A stretch of DNA of 64,000 bases from Azolla caroliniana. Lineage: Eukaryota > Plantae > Polypodiophyta. The translations under genes were made by a program, and so were the position numbers. The stretch is taken from the NCBI GenBank assembly GCA_043228905.1, contig JBHGNT010000021.1, forward strand, positions 2,480,001-2,544,000, in the 5' to 3' direction. The stretch's first letter is position 1. Every line of letters starts with the position of its first letter. A model generated the notes under the pieces. That model was not told the DNA's origin. It made no database searches and was given only the letters and a program-made list of their open reading frames with translations. Of this stretch, positions 30,114-43,895 are shown piece after piece.

Positions 30114-33002
30114 AGCAGACTGTTGCGGAGTGGGGAAGTGATAGTCCGAGAAGCCCTGATACCCCACACAAGAAGAAAACTCTCGGAGCAAAACATGTAC
30201 GAATCGGTCCGGATGGGGCATCTACGTACACGACCGTAACCGAAGGATTGAAGAAAGGATACCGACAAGTGGAGGATAAGTTGCGGTCGGCATCAATAAT
30301 AAAAGAAGATGAAGAAATCGTGGGGATAGTCGAAGAAGTGTTCTATGAGAGCACGCTACAACGACTTGAAGAGCTTGCGGAAGATAAAAGCCAAGGGAAC
30401 CGGGTAGTCCCGGTGGAATCGGTCGAGATGTACGAGATCATTGCGAAAATGGAGCCGGATATGCTCCGCAAAGAAGAAGCAATGGTAAGTACGAAATACA
30501 AGACCGTGGAGAAGAAGGTGAAACCGGCCGCGGGACCACTACCCGCTGATAGCGAACAAAAGAGGAAAGAAGTCTCGGGAGATCCGACACTTCGGAAGAC
30601 CGTGGATATCGGACATGCCTTCACGGATGAGACCCGGAAGAAACTTCGGATCGGTGGAGGTGGGTTCCTATTACAAAAAGAAGAAGAACGGTTTCGCGAG
30701 ATGTTGGAGCAACACGGCAAAGCGTTTGCATTTACATCAAGGGAGATAGGGTGCGTCGATCCGAGAATAGTGGAGCCGATGGTGATCTTCACGATTGACC
30801 ATGTACCGTGGAACCTGAAGCCGATTCCGGTGCCACGAGCGCATATTCCGAAAGTCATTGACTTGCTCAAGGAGAAGGTGGCGATGGGGATTCTAGAGCC
30901 ATCAACTGCTCCGTACTCAAATCGATGGTTTACGGTTCCGAAGAAGAATGGGTCACTCCGATTTATCCAAGACTTGCAACCGGTGAATAAGGTCACGATC
31001 CGGAACTCGGGAGTCGGTCCGATAGTGGACGAATTTGCAGAAGCTTTTGCCGGTCGTGCGATATACTCCATCGGAGACCTATACTCGGGGTATGACCAAT
31101 TCCAACTAGCCGTGGAGAGCCGAGACATCACAACCATGCGAACACCGATAGGATTAGTCCGAATGTGCACACTACCACAAGGAGCGACAAACTCGGTTGC
31201 TCATATGATGAACGCGATGAACAAGGTGCTTCGAGACTGCATTCCGGAGATAACGATGCCGTTCCTCGATGACATTCCGATGAAAGGATGCGCGGTAGAA
31301 GAAAAAGATGAGACTATGGATGATCGGGGATGCCGAAAGTTCGTGGTCGACCATATTCATGATTGCGAGAAAGTGTTGCGAAAGCTAGAAGATGTGCACC
31401 TAACACTTTCCGGGGAGAAATCGGCATTCGGGCAAGAAGAAATATTGGTGGTCGGACATCTATGTGGGCCCTACGGCCGAAGACCGTCACCAACAAAGAT
31501 CGATGCAATTCAAGCTATGGAGGAAGTATGCGAGTCAACATCCGAAGTCCGAAGGTTTCTCGGTGCATGTGCATTCTATCACATATGGATTCCGCACTAT
31601 GCACATATAGCGGACCCGCTCTACCACTTGTTGCGGAAAGGTAAGAAATTCGAATGGAAACCGGAACACACCAAAGCCATGAAGAAATTGAAGAAGACAC
31701 TTCGGAGGGCGGAAGCACTTAAGAAACCGAGCTATGACCGACCGATCATAGTAACTGTTGATACAAGTCCAACCGGTATCGGGTGGGTCATCAATCAAGC
31801 CGACTCGGATGGTTCGCGGTATCCGATCCGATTCGGAGCAAAGGTTCTCAACGAAAGGCAACGTGGATATGCACAAGTCAAAAGAGAACTGTGGGGAGTC
31901 GTGTCGACGATAAAATCGGATCGGGATTATTTGATCGGAGCCGAAGTGGTGATCGAGACGGATTGTCTTCCGATACTCGGGATGATGCGGTGTTGTACGA
32001 TACCGGATGTAGCTATGCTAAGGTGGGTTGCATATGTCAAATCGCTTAATCCGGAGGTTCGACACATCTCAGGGAAGGACAACGCGGTAGCGGATATGTT
32101 ATCAAGGGCTCGGTTCGGAGACGACATAACCGAATTGGATAATGAAGAAGTTTCCGAAGACTACTTCGCGTCGGAGCACATATGCCGAGTGAACGTAATC
32201 CGAGAATTCCGGGAAGAAGAATACGAGGGAGAAAGTTTGATGATCGGAAAGATGTTACAAGAGGCCGAGGACTCGACAAACGATAAAGGAAGAAGAGCCG
32301 AGATCCGAAGGAAGAAGAGGCAAGTCCAAAAGTTCTTCTTGGAAAACGGATTAATATGGAGGGCGCCGAAAAGACCGGATGGTATACCACTTCGAGTAGT
32401 CGGGACAAAAGAGCAACAAGACCGGATAATGTCTGAGTTTCACGAATCCGATTGGGCTGGACACCGAGGAACATGGGCAACATTTGTGAAGATCAAGCAA
32501 AAATATTGGTGGAAGAAAATGTACAAAGATGTCGCGGAGTTCACGGAAAGCTGCGAGAAATGTCAAGTCTACTCCGGGGTTCGACATCGAGATGAGTTAC
32601 ATCCGACATTCTCACCGACAATCAACTTCAAGTGGATGGTTGACATAGTGGCCATGCCGACCGGGATCGGACAAAAGAAATACTTGGTATTAGCTCGAGA
32701 AGATCTCACGAATCAAGTAGAAGGTCGAGCGCTTCAAAGGAAAACGTGTTCCGCGGTATGCCAATTTCTTTTGGAGGAAGTATTTTGTAGGTACGGGTGC
32801 GTTGGACAAGTGATTGCGGACCGGGGAGAACTCGACTCGGACAAAGCTAGGGGATTCTTCGCCAAACATGGAGTTCGGTTATCGCTGACAACGGCATACA
32901 ATCCGGAGGCCAACGGGAAAATCGAACGAGGACATAGTCCGATCGTGAAAGCACTTGCGAAGGCATGTGATGGAAACGTGAAGGACTGGCCGCGGATGCT
33001 TC

Positions 33003-33179
33003 TGTCGAATACAAGTGTATAATGGACGTATTCACACTATCCCTTTAGGCCATTTGTGTAATTATCATAAAGGGTAGTTGCCCTAAGTCGGTCACTATAT
33101 ATAGTGACCTTGTAACCTTTTTGTAAGGTTGGGTGTTGTATTATTGCTTTGTGGAATAAGAAGTCTTTTGTGTGTGTGT

Positions 33180-33227
<48 letters not shown>

Positions 33228-36200
33228 ACGACCTACAATCTGTCATACGCAGGTATTCAACAAGAATCGAATGCTTCTTGATCTTCCGCATAGACGACCT
33301 CGTCTCCAACATCTGGTATCAGAGCCTGCACAGTATTCGGTCCTTCATCCCGCTGTCGGCCGTCGTCTCAGCCTGCACAGCATTCGGTTTCTTGCGTCAT
33401 TCGAAGAAGAGAGAAGAAGAAGAAAAACGAGGCTTGCATCTCATCGCGTTAGATCATCTTCGCTTGGAGTAAGCCAGCAGGTTGTACTCTGTTCCTTGTG
33501 ATCGTAACCGCTCGAGGTGAAATCCCCTTGTGCAACATTGACACGATCGTGCTCCACTCGGTTAAACAGCATCCGAAAAGGTCATTAAACGCTGCTCGCC
33601 GCTCGTTGTAACCACTCGGTGCAGATCGGTCTCAAGACAACAACCCCAATTCGCGCTTCATCCGGCTGATCGACATTCGGGAGGATCAGTTGGATCTGTC
33701 TCTCTCGTCGCTGCAGCCACCCGAAGCAGAATCGGTCCAGATAATCGGTTTCAATAATCGGTATTCGGCATATATATATCCAAAGCGAACCGGGCTCACT
33801 CCGACTCGGCAACATTCGGGAAGACCAGTCGGTTTTGTCCCTCAAGCTACCGGAGTCAATTCGAGCAAGTTCCGAAGCCGAACCGACTCGGGTTCAAATC
33901 CGACTAGAACGATATCGGGTGAGCCAACCGGCTGCACTCCAACAAGGTTCGTAGTCAACTCCGAACCGAGCTCCGTCAACCGAAACCAAATTTGATGGCA
34001 TCAACATCCGGCTCGTCAGAAATGAGTCTACGCAAGTTCGATGGATCGAACTTCAACTTCTGGAAGGAACAAATGCAGGACTATCTCATAGTCAAGGGGC
34101 AAATCGATCCCATCGAAAATGAAGAACCTCCAGAAGGATACAAACCAATTGAGTGGCAGAAGCTGGACAGAATCGTCCGCGCCACGATTCGGATGCACCT
34201 ATCGGAATCGGTATACTTTACGGTGCAATCGTGTACGACAGCATTCGAACTGTGGAAAACACTGTCGGACACTTACGAAAAGAAGGTCGCCGCAACAAAG
34301 ATGTTTCTGATCCGGCGCCTCTACAACTTGCGAATGAAAGAATCCGACTCGGTTCAAGCACACCTAAATGAGTACGAAAGCATAAGCTCCCAAATCTCGT
34401 CACAGGGGACGGCAATCGAGGATGAACTCAGAGCAATGATACTCATGAGTAGCCTTCCCTCATCATGGGAAACTTTCGTCACAACCGTGTGCAACGCGTC
34501 AACCACGGCTGTTAAATACTCCGAAGTCACGAGCGCAATCCTGACCGAAGCAGCTCGGAGAAAGTCTTTCGCCAAAGACTCAACAGACGACGCTTATGTA
34601 GTACAATGTTCGACAGACCGATCGAACATACGAGGAAGAGATTCCTCACGGCCGCCGAACAATCAGCGAAGACGGAGCCAGTCACGGGATAACCGAATCT
34701 GCAACTATTGCAAGAAACCCGGACACATCAAAGCCGACTGCCGCGCACTCAAGAACAAGAACAACAAGAAGAGTGGCCGGCATGAGGAGATCAATTACGT
34801 CAGCTTCTCAGCTGATGTGCTACCAGACGACCCGAATATACTATCAATCGAAAATCCAGTCGGATCAGAAGTTCTACTCACGACTGAAGAGTCGAGCACA
34901 TGGCTCTTAGATTCGGGCGCGTCATTTCACGTGACTCCTCATCGATCCCAATTTCGGCAATATACGATCCGTCACTCCGACTCAGTTCGAGTCGGTAACT
35001 CGCAACACTGTGACATCATCGGAATCGGCACAGTAGAGCTCAACCTTGCAGGTGGCTCTACACTTGTACTCCACAATGTCCGACATGTACCCGAGCTCTC
35101 AAGGCCATTGATCTCAGTCGGACAACTAGATGAAGACGGCATTCGTGCCGGTTTTTCTTCGGGAGGGTGGACACTCCACAGGGGGAACCTCCTGCTTGCT
35201 AGAGGACCCAAGATACACTCCCTGTATCCGTTACATGTTACGCTCAGAGAGGGTAACCTGTTTTTGGTGGATATTCCTGTGTCATCACTATGGCACAGAA
35301 GATTAGGACACCTCAGCAAGGCCGGCATCACGCATCTATCTAGAGCCGGATACATCCCCAAACTCTCCTTCTCCGACCATCAATTCTGCGAGCATTGCCA
35401 GTATGGAAAACAAGCAGCCGCATCACACCCGACATCAACACCAAGAGAAACGAGACCTCTCGATTTGGTCCACTCGGACGTCTGTGGCCCGATGCTGCAT
35501 CAGTCTCTTGGCGGTGCCTCTTACTTCGTCAGTTTTATTGACGATTCGACTCGAAAGGTGTGAGCTTATCCAATTCGCACCAAAGATCGTGTCTTCTCGA
35601 TCTTCTCCGATTGGCTCGCTATGGTAGAAAATCAAACTGACCGAAAACTGAAATGCCTTCGGACAGACAATGGGGGAGAGTTCAAATCAGAAGAATTCGT
35701 CAAATTCTGCCGACAACGCGGCATCCGACGTGAATTTACGGCACCACACAGTCCGGAGCAAAACGGGATTGCAGAACGAATGAATCGGACAATCCAAGAA
35801 CGGATAGTTTCCATGCTCCAACACTCCGGACTGTCGGATGGCTTCTGGGCAGAGGCTCTACTCACGGCAGTACACATAATCAATATGTCGCCAAGTAGAC
35901 CTCTAGGACTTCAAATTCCTCAGGAACGATGGATCGGCGGTAAGCCGAATTACGACAAGCTGAGGATCTTCGGATGCGAGGCGTACGCCCTTATTCCGAA
36001 AGATGATCGCCGAAAACTTGCACCTCGGTCCAGGAAATGCATTTTCCTTGGATATGGATCCGACGGCGAAATGGGATACCGACTCTGGGATCCCGAACGC
36101 AGACAAATCGTCCGAAGTTCGGACGTTGTGTTCAACGAGTCGGCTATGAATCCATCAGTCGAAAAACCGATCGAAGTCCGAAGGGTAACATTTTCCGATG

Positions 36201-38481
36201 TGCCGACCCTTCAAGAAGGCCCCGCTCTCAACACACGGGTAGCTGAACCTTACACTACCGACTCGGACAACTCCGACTCGGCACAGCAGAACAATCCGCT
36301 TTCGGACCATCCGACCTTGATACCCGATGCGACCAGTCCAATCATACCTCGACGATCCGAGAGACTGTCGCAACCTCCGGAGAGGTATTCTCCTGGAATT
36401 TTCTTCACCGACGCCGGCGAACCGACGTCTTACGAAGAAGCATCGACATCTGTCGATTCCGCACCTGGCATCTGGCGATGGAGTCGGAAATGCACTCCAT
36501 TCGGGCAAACAAGACTTGGGATCTGGTCGAATTACCTAGGAACCGACGTGCTCTTCCTTGCAAGTGGGTTTATCGACTAAAAGAGACGTATGATTCGACC
36601 ACCCCAAAGTACAAGGCCAGATTAGTTGCGAAGGGCTTCCGACAAGAATATGGTGTCGACTTCGACGAGATTTTTTCACCAGTGGTGAAAATGACAACCC
36701 TTCGTTTTCTACTCGGCGTAGTGGCAGCCGACAACTTGGAGCTGATTCAGCTAGATGTCAAAACAGCCTTCCTCCATGGTGATCTCGAGGAGGAAATTTA
36801 TATGGAGCAGCCAAAAGGCTTCGTGGCACCTGGCCAAGAACATCTAGTCTGCCGACTCAGGAAGAGTCTATACGGCCTCAAACAGGCACCGCGACAATGG
36901 TACAAGAAGTTCGACGACTTCATCCAATCGATCGGCTTCTCCAAAAGCGATGAGGACCATTGTCTCTTCACCAACACAGCTCAAGATGGATCACCCATCT
37001 TCCTCATCATTTACGTGGACGACATGCTAATTTCTGGACGCCACGCGGGCGAACTTGCCGATCTCGTTCGGCAACTGCGGTTGAAGTTTGCCATGAAGGA
37101 CCTCGGTCCGGCACGACACATCCTTGGCATGAAGATTAGTCGGCATCGCGATAAACGACATCTTTTTTTGTCTCAGACCGACTATATCGGACGTGTCTTG
37201 GAACGCTTCAACATGCAATCAGCCAAATCTGCTTCAACCCCGCTCCCAATGAATCTTCGGCTCTCTCAGCGAGACTGCCCGACATCCGGCCCGGAGGGGG
37301 AAGATATGAAGTCGGTACCGTATGCACCGGCAGTCGGCTCCCTTATGTACCTGATGGTCGCGACACGGCCTGATATTTCTCATGCCGTAGGAGTCGTTAG
37401 CAGATTTATGCACAATCCTGGCCGATCGCATTGGAACGCAGTCAAGCATGTGTTCAGATATCTGGCTGGCACAAAAGACCATGGCATTCTTTTCGGTCCG
37501 AACCGAACCTCAGGCGTAGTCGGTTACACCGACTCGGACTTCGCCGGCTGTATAGACAGTCGAAAATCAACAACCGGATACTGCTTCAAATTCGGCAATG
37601 GAGCAATCTCGTGGAAGTCGAAACTTCAGGAGTGCACAGCGACCTCAACGACCGAAGCAGAATATGTAGCTGCGTCCGACGCAGCAAAAGAAGCTTTGTG
37701 GCTCGGTCGGCTGGCGCACACGTTTCGACAAGTCGACCATGACTCGGCTCCAGTTGTCTATAGCGACAGTCAAGGTGCTGTTGCCTTGTCAAAAAATCCG
37801 GTTCACCACAACGCCTCCAAACATATCGACGTTCGATATCACTTCGTTCGGGACTGCATCATTTCAGGGAAAATCGGTCTAGAGAAAATATCCACAACCG
37901 ACAATGTCGCAGATGGAATGACCAAGTGTCTTTCGGCAGACCGCTTTCGGTCTCTTCGGCATCAGATGGGCGTAACGACAAACCAGTCCGGTTAGAGCCG
38001 GACACAGCGCAGGATGGTTCCCGACAACCGACATTAGTTCCTCAATGATCGGCTTCAACTGTTCCGACCCAACCAGTTCGGTCTTCTGCCTTCGGACCCT
38101 GCCGACTCGAACAAAGCTGATATGTCCGAGAACCTAAGTCTATACCTGTAATCTTAGATAACCCATGTATACGCCCATTACGGGGGAGTGTCGAATACAA
38201 GTGTATAATGGACGTATTCACACTATCCCTTTAGGCCATTTGTGTAATTATCATAAATGGTAGTTGCCCTAAGTCGGTCACTATATATAGTGACCTTGTA
38301 ACCTTTTTGTAAGGTTGGGTGTTGTATTATTGCTTTGTGGAATAAGAAGTCTTTTGTGTCTCTCTCTCTCTCTCTCTCTCCCTCTCTCTCTCTGTGCACG
38401 ACCTACAATCTGTCATACGCAGGTATTCAACAAGAATCGAATGCTTCTTGATCTTCCGCATAGACGACCTCGTCTCCAACA
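33003..38481 (+). mobile_element. Ty1/copia family A, copy A3, colinear full length
   Basis: LTRs at 33003-33311 and 38189-38481, perfect TSD GCTTC, tRNA-iMet PBS TGGTATCAGAGCC at 33314-33326, PPT at 38182-38188. Confidence 0.97.
33992..37995 (+). pseudogene. Copia Gag-Pol with a nonsense codon and a frameshift
   Basis: TGG>TGA at 35561-35563 and a 1-bp deletion near 36461 (TCCGCACC versus TCCGTCACC in A1). Confidence 0.92.
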
Positions 38482-40067
38482 GCTTCCGTATGCACTATGG
38501 GCGGATCGGACGACGCATAGCTCCATAACCGGTTACATGCCGGCAGAACTCATGACCGGGCAAGCACCGGTAATGCCGACGGAAAACGCGATCGCAACAT
38601 GGACAGTGCTACCGTGGAAGGAAGAGATGAGCCGGGAAGAACTACTAGTGGTCCGGATACGACAACTAGAGGGAAGACCGGCAGACATAGCGGAAGCAAT
38701 ACGCCGACAACAAGAAGCACGATTAAGGAACAAAAGCCGGTTCGACACAAAGCACCGACTACGACCGAGGAGGATTGAAGAAGGAGACTGGGTGATCGTC
38801 TATGACAGTAGTTTGGACCATCAACATACAACGATGCGGAAATTCGCGAAAAGGTGGTTCGGGCCATACGAGGTTCGGAAAGTCTTCGACAACGGAACGT
38901 ACCGACTGTCCGAGTTGGATGGAACAATACTACGAGTGCCTATAGCCGGGAAGCGGGTGAAGATTTTCAAGAAGCGGACCGACGACAAACCCTATGTGAT
39001 CCAAGCCAAGGCCGACAACGAGGAGCAATCGGACGAAGACCACGGTGATGCGGGAAGCGAAGAAAGTGAATTACAACTCATAGTCGACATAAGGGAAGAA
39101 TCGGAGGAAGCTTTGGATGAAGACGGATATGGGGAATCGAGAACTTCGGCACATACCGGAGGATGTGCGGGTTCGGAGGGGGCGAGTGTCGTAGTGTATT
39201 CCACACACTACGTGAAAACCATAAAATAATATATCCGATTTTAGATACATATAACTAGATAAATAATATATCAAAAGAATTTATCACGTGCATAGGGCAA
39301 GATTCGAACCATGCACCTCCACATAGATAAACCCCAACTTTACCATTGTAATAACTTCTCTTTAGTGTTATAAATATAGATTTAATACGTATAAGACCTT
39401 TATTTACACATACCTTTATTAAAAGGTAAAAATCATGTATTCTTTAGAGTGTGAATATTTTATTTACACGTGACATTAAAAGTGACTCATGCACATCTAG
39501 CGTGCATGGGCCCTATATTTAGGAAATGACAAAGCATCACATGCACATTTAGTGTGCATGGACACTTTAGGTGAAAAAGCATGAAGCCATGCTTAGCCTC
39601 TTCCATCTTTATATAAGGAGGAGAGAAATATGTATATGGTTGTTAATTAATATACAAGGATTGATCAATCTAATATATTCGTGGGATTCACGAATTTTGC
39701 CATCTAAATTACTCTTATAATCTAAATATTGTTTTAATTACACTAAACTTGTGGGATTCACGAGATTCCTATCTTACTTCTCTTCCTATTATTCATAACT
39801 AGCCTTAAGTTGTATTCCTCTTCCTCCTAGTCCAAAACCTCGGCGGTTCCCACCCGACTCACGCAACGATCCGGAGCCGAAGGGCTCGACAACGTACCTC
39901 TCGAGGAGCCGCCCTTCGAACTCCCCCCAAGTCTGGCAACCGACCTACATTTCGAGCACCTCCGCGTGGATGCTCGATGTCACCACCCGAGGGAATCCAA
40001 ACATTCATCTATCCTCCGGAATGTCCCTCGTTATCATTTCGGCTTGGTAAGCCTCGAGATAGCTCGT

Positions 40068-40673
40068 TGTCGTGTTGTTACGCTTTCGCATATGAAATAA
40101 GGCGGGACCGCGGGGGCCCTGAACCGAGGAGCGTGAGAGATGAGAGGGAGAGAGATTCACAGAAAACACAGAGAGACAGAAACGAGAGAATCAATTCCAA
40201 TAACAGTATAGATTACAAAGCTTGCAACGTTACAACCGGCAAGCCGACGACAGACTCGACACAGATGAACACACGCACCGAAACTCGCAGTGGAGCCTCT
40301 ACCGGAAGCACACGGGCTTTCGCGCAGCAGAGGCAGCCAACTTAATCCCAATCCTTGCAGAAGCAACAATGATGGTGGAGGAGAGAGCTCAGTTCCCAGT
40401 CCGACAGCACTTCCTCCTCTCCAAAAATGTTCGATCCTCACTCAGGCCCCTTTCCCCTCCTTTTATAGCACAAGGAGAGAGCCATTTACAGACCTTTCCA
40501 TCCCTGTTATTCCCTTCGATTCCCTACTTAATGAACTAGTGCTACCTAGGATAGTTACCTCGTCGGCATGTACCTAACTATGTATATAAATATCAAAACA
40601 TGTGCCCATGTGTAAGGGCCGGTTCACACACACTATCCGCTGATTCCTCCTAGGGACGGTTTTCTCCACGACA
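40068..40673 (-). mobile_element. Gypsy solo LTR H
   Basis: TG..CA ends, begins TGTCGTGGAGAAAACCG on the minus strand, TSD TCGT at 40064-40067 and 40674-40677; interrupts D gag. Confidence 0.88.
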
Positions 40674-40900
40674 TCGTCACGTTCTTACGTTCAAACTGGC
40701 CTATTGTGCCAACGATCATTTCGATGGCCCGGTCGAGGGTACCTGTACCTTCACGAGCATTCACCAGTCGGTCTATAGTTGCCGCTATGGCTTCGGCGAG
40801 TTCGGTTCCTCTCATCTTCACACTCCTCTACCACTTGTTTCACGTCGAGTTCACCACTATATGTTGTGTAACTACGCATATGCGTGAGAAACGAAGGCGG

Positions 40901-41426
40901 TGTCGTGAAGATTTTCGTCCATAGGTGGAAACCGGGGTGGAAAGGGCAAGTCGGTGGTGTGCAACATGTGCACACGTATACTAGGAAATGGTGTATAGAA
41001 ATAAGAGGGGAAATTTTATCCCACATTGTAAGGTCCCTCCCTCCTTGGGCTATAAAAGGAAGGGAGGGGTCACTTATGAAGGGGTTGCCTATTTTGCGTA
41101 TGAGAGGTATACCACTTAGTCTAGAGTTCTTACCGTTTTAGGGTTAGGGTTTCGTTTAGGGTTTTCCTTATTCATCTTCGGTTAGGGTTTTCTCATAGTC
41201 GTTTGGTGCGGCCCATGCGGCCACCGTTGTTGTAACCATTCGTTGTTTTAATATATCTTGTTGAGTATCTTACCTCCGCTGATCTCTCCTTCTTTGTCAT
41301 GATCCTATTCTTTCTTCTTCTCCTCTTGAGCTAAGCTTCCAAACATATCTTATTCTTTCTCCTCTACTCCCTAGTCCGAGACCCCAGTGGTCCCGCCCCT
41401 TCTACACGCACACGCGTAACGCGACA
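40901..41426 (+). mobile_element. Gypsy solo LTR I
   Basis: TGTCGTGAAG...GCGACA with TSD GCGG at 40897-40900 and 41427-41430; sits inside the 5' LTR of D. Confidence 0.9.
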
Positions 41427-42079
41427 GCGGGACCACAGGGGTACTGGACCAAAGAGCGTGAGAAGAAGAGGGAGAGAAACAACAAGCACATGTCGTGCAA
41501 GATGTTGAGTGCCATGAACACAGAGCTCGTCTGGCTCGGACGAAACTAGAGCGACGCGAGAGACAATTAGAAGAGAAAAGGGGACCACAATCGATTAAGA
41601 AAAACAGGTTACAACCGGCACGCCGGTAGCCGAGCCACAACTCAGCCAACACACACACCCCAACTCCGAGGTACAATGTGGAGCCCCTGTTGGGAGCACA
41701 CGGGCTTGTTGCATGAACAGAGGCGTCTAGTAAAGAACTCCTACTGAGAATGAAATAGAGAACAACACTCGGTTCCCAGTCCGGCAGCACTTCGTTCTCC
41801 TAAATCCCCCCCCCCCCCCCAATCACTCAGTCTTCTCTCCCTCCTTTATAGACACCCAGGAGAGAGAGGGGGTTGTTACATCAAGTAGTTATTCTCTATC
41901 ATTTCAGACAAAGATTCGCCTAGATTTATTTGTCCTATTAAAGTTTCCTACGTCACGCCAACCTAGCCTAGTCCTAGGTTATTTACAAACATAGTTTATA
42001 ATTAGCGTGCATCCGTGCACGTTGTGGTTCACACACCTTTGGTCTCCATTTCTTCTTGTAGCTGGTTTTCACCACGACA

Positions 42080-43660
42080 TTGTGTTCTCGAAATCTTGAC
42101 AGCACCAAGCGAACATGTTGCTCATGGGTATCAAGATTCGAGGAGTAGATGAGGATGTCATCTAGATAAACCACCATGAATTAGTTGAGATACTCACGGA
42201 AGATATCATTCATCATGTGTTGGAATACGGCAGGGGCGTTGGTTAGCCCAAATGGCATGACACGATAGTCGAACAACCCGTATCGGGTTCGGAACATCGT
42301 ATTCCATTCGTCTTTCAAACGGATATGCACTAGGTTGTAAGCCCCTTGTAGATCAGTTTCGAGAACACTCACCTGCGCCGGAGGCAATCCAAAAGCTCTG
42401 GAATCTAAGATAGTGGGTAGCGATTGTGGATCGTTACCTTGTTAAGTTCTCAGTAGTCGACACATAGACGCAAGGAGCCATCTTTTTTCTTGACGATTAG
42501 GATTGGTGCCCTGGCCAGAGATTTTGAGTGACGAATAAACCCTTTCGTGCAGTTTTCGTCGATGTATGCATGGAGTGCATCCAACTCTGGCTTGGATAAC
42601 CTGTAGATGGGAGCAAAGGGAGGACAAGCACCGTCCTAGATGTCGATTGGACAATCATACAACCGATGCTCTAGTAGTCGATCCGCATTTTGTTTCTCAA
42701 AGACATCAGAAAACTCCCAATAATTTGGAAGAATTGAGTTGAATGTTCGACCGTAGTAGCAGCTTGAGCAAGATGGTCATCCTTAGGCTTCACCTGACCG
42801 GGTGAAGTGCCGATGTTGGGAACAACTTTGAATTTATTGTTAGCTTTGCCCATCCAAGTTGTGAAGTCGAGGGATTGCCTACGCCAATCCACAATGGGAT
42901 TGTGCGTCACTAACCAGGACAATCCTAGAATGACAAGATGCCAAGGGGAAGAAATTAGATCGAATGTGATTGTTTCCCGATGAGATCCCATAATGAGCTC
43001 TAGTGGAATCGTTTCTTCTAGGATGGCACCTGACGGGAGCAGTCATCCGTCAATAACCTCAACCAGAATAGGCTTTGTTTTGATGAACGTAGGGATGCAG
43101 TGTGTATGGCCAAAGAGCACATCCATAAAACATACGTGGCTCCAGAATCAAGTAGGGTGGTGACGCATATCACCCAAGTCCCTATCTAGAAGCTCACCGG
43201 TATCGTAAATCCATTTTGAGATGGCATCTTATGAGTAGAGCGGATCATCTAACTGATGGAGCCCAGTTGCATAGCTCTTACTGCACCTGGGCCCTCTTAT
43301 TTCCCGATATGCGACTACCTTTTCACCGGGCAAGAGGCAGCAAGATGTCTGGACACGCCACAGTAGAAACATAAGTCATTGTCTTGTCGATGTTGTCATT
43401 ATGAACTGGACAACGATCGGGGGCCCACTTTATCCACCTCCATCGGCGTAGGTGAATCAGTGGTTGGGACTTGGTTAGGGACATATGGCAGGGTTGGAGA
43501 TTGAGAGGAAAAAGGCCAAAAAGAAGACGGCCCAGGCCTTATTGCCCGAGTCGTACGCTCCTCTTGACATAGCTCGAAGAATCGGTTATCACAACATACC
43601 TCATGTGTTATAGCTTCGTTCAGCGAGGTTGGCTCTCGAAAATTTAGTAATAAATTTTTT
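42080..43660 (-). mobile_element. Degenerate chromovirus-type (Tcn1-like) Ty3/gypsy fragment: gag knuckle, protease, RT
   Basis: LCFYCGVSRHLAASCP (about 43330-43375), TLLDSGAT (about 43135-43160), [37 protein letters not shown] and VVYLDDILIYS; many stops and frameshifts. Confidence 0.8.
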
Positions 43661-43666
43661 ATACTT

Positions 43667-43895
43667 CACTTTCTTTCATGACTAATCACAATGAGAAAAG
43701 CAATCGAACTGATCCCAAAATACGATTCGAATCTTTCTCAGGTTTACCTACAAAGGATGTCATGATGTAGATCGATCAATTGCACGAATCATATACATTG
43801 CTTTCTTTCATGACTAATCACAACGAGAAAAGCAATCGGATATATCACAAAAATGTGTCCCGAATCTTTCCCAGGTTTACCTACAAAGGATGTCT
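43667..43895. repeat. Imperfect tandem duplication, about 130-bp period
   Basis: CTTTCTTTCATGACTAATCACAA.GAGAAAAGCAATCG...CAGGTTTACCTACAAAGGATGTC occurs twice. Confidence 0.8.

Larger units (their letters stand above)
30104..39229 (+). pseudogene. Element C Pol (RT, RNase H, integrase), split by copia A3 at 33002/38482
   Basis: The -1 frame is open from 30104 to ...WPRML and resumes at LPYALWADRTT at 38483. Confidence 0.9.
27326..39891 (+). mobile_element. Full-length Ty3/gypsy element C (tRNA-Trp family), interrupted by copia A3
   Basis: 705-bp LTRs at 27326-28030 and 39187-39891, with about 8 differences by eye. TSD ACGT at 27322-27325 and 39892-39895; PBS at 28035-28052. Confidence 0.95.
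27115..42079 (-). mobile_element. Degenerate Ty3/gypsy element D (tRNA-Trp family): 5' LTR, PBS and gag start, split by C and two solo LTRs
   Basis: 5' LTR at 40862-40900 plus 41431-42079, PBS at 40839-40856. Gag pieces at 40674-40821, 39892-40067 and 27115-27325 rejoin in frame after removing the inserts and 4-bp TSDs. Confidence 0.88.

Noticed and set aside
1020-38481. Repeated copia copies as an assembly artefact
   Set aside because: Each copy has its own flanks and private mutations or deletions. Only the A1 inversion junctions still need read support.
38315-39229. 304-aa ORF with a hydrophobic start, possibly env-like
   Set aside because: It begins in the copia LTR microsatellite and runs into the integrase tail of element C.
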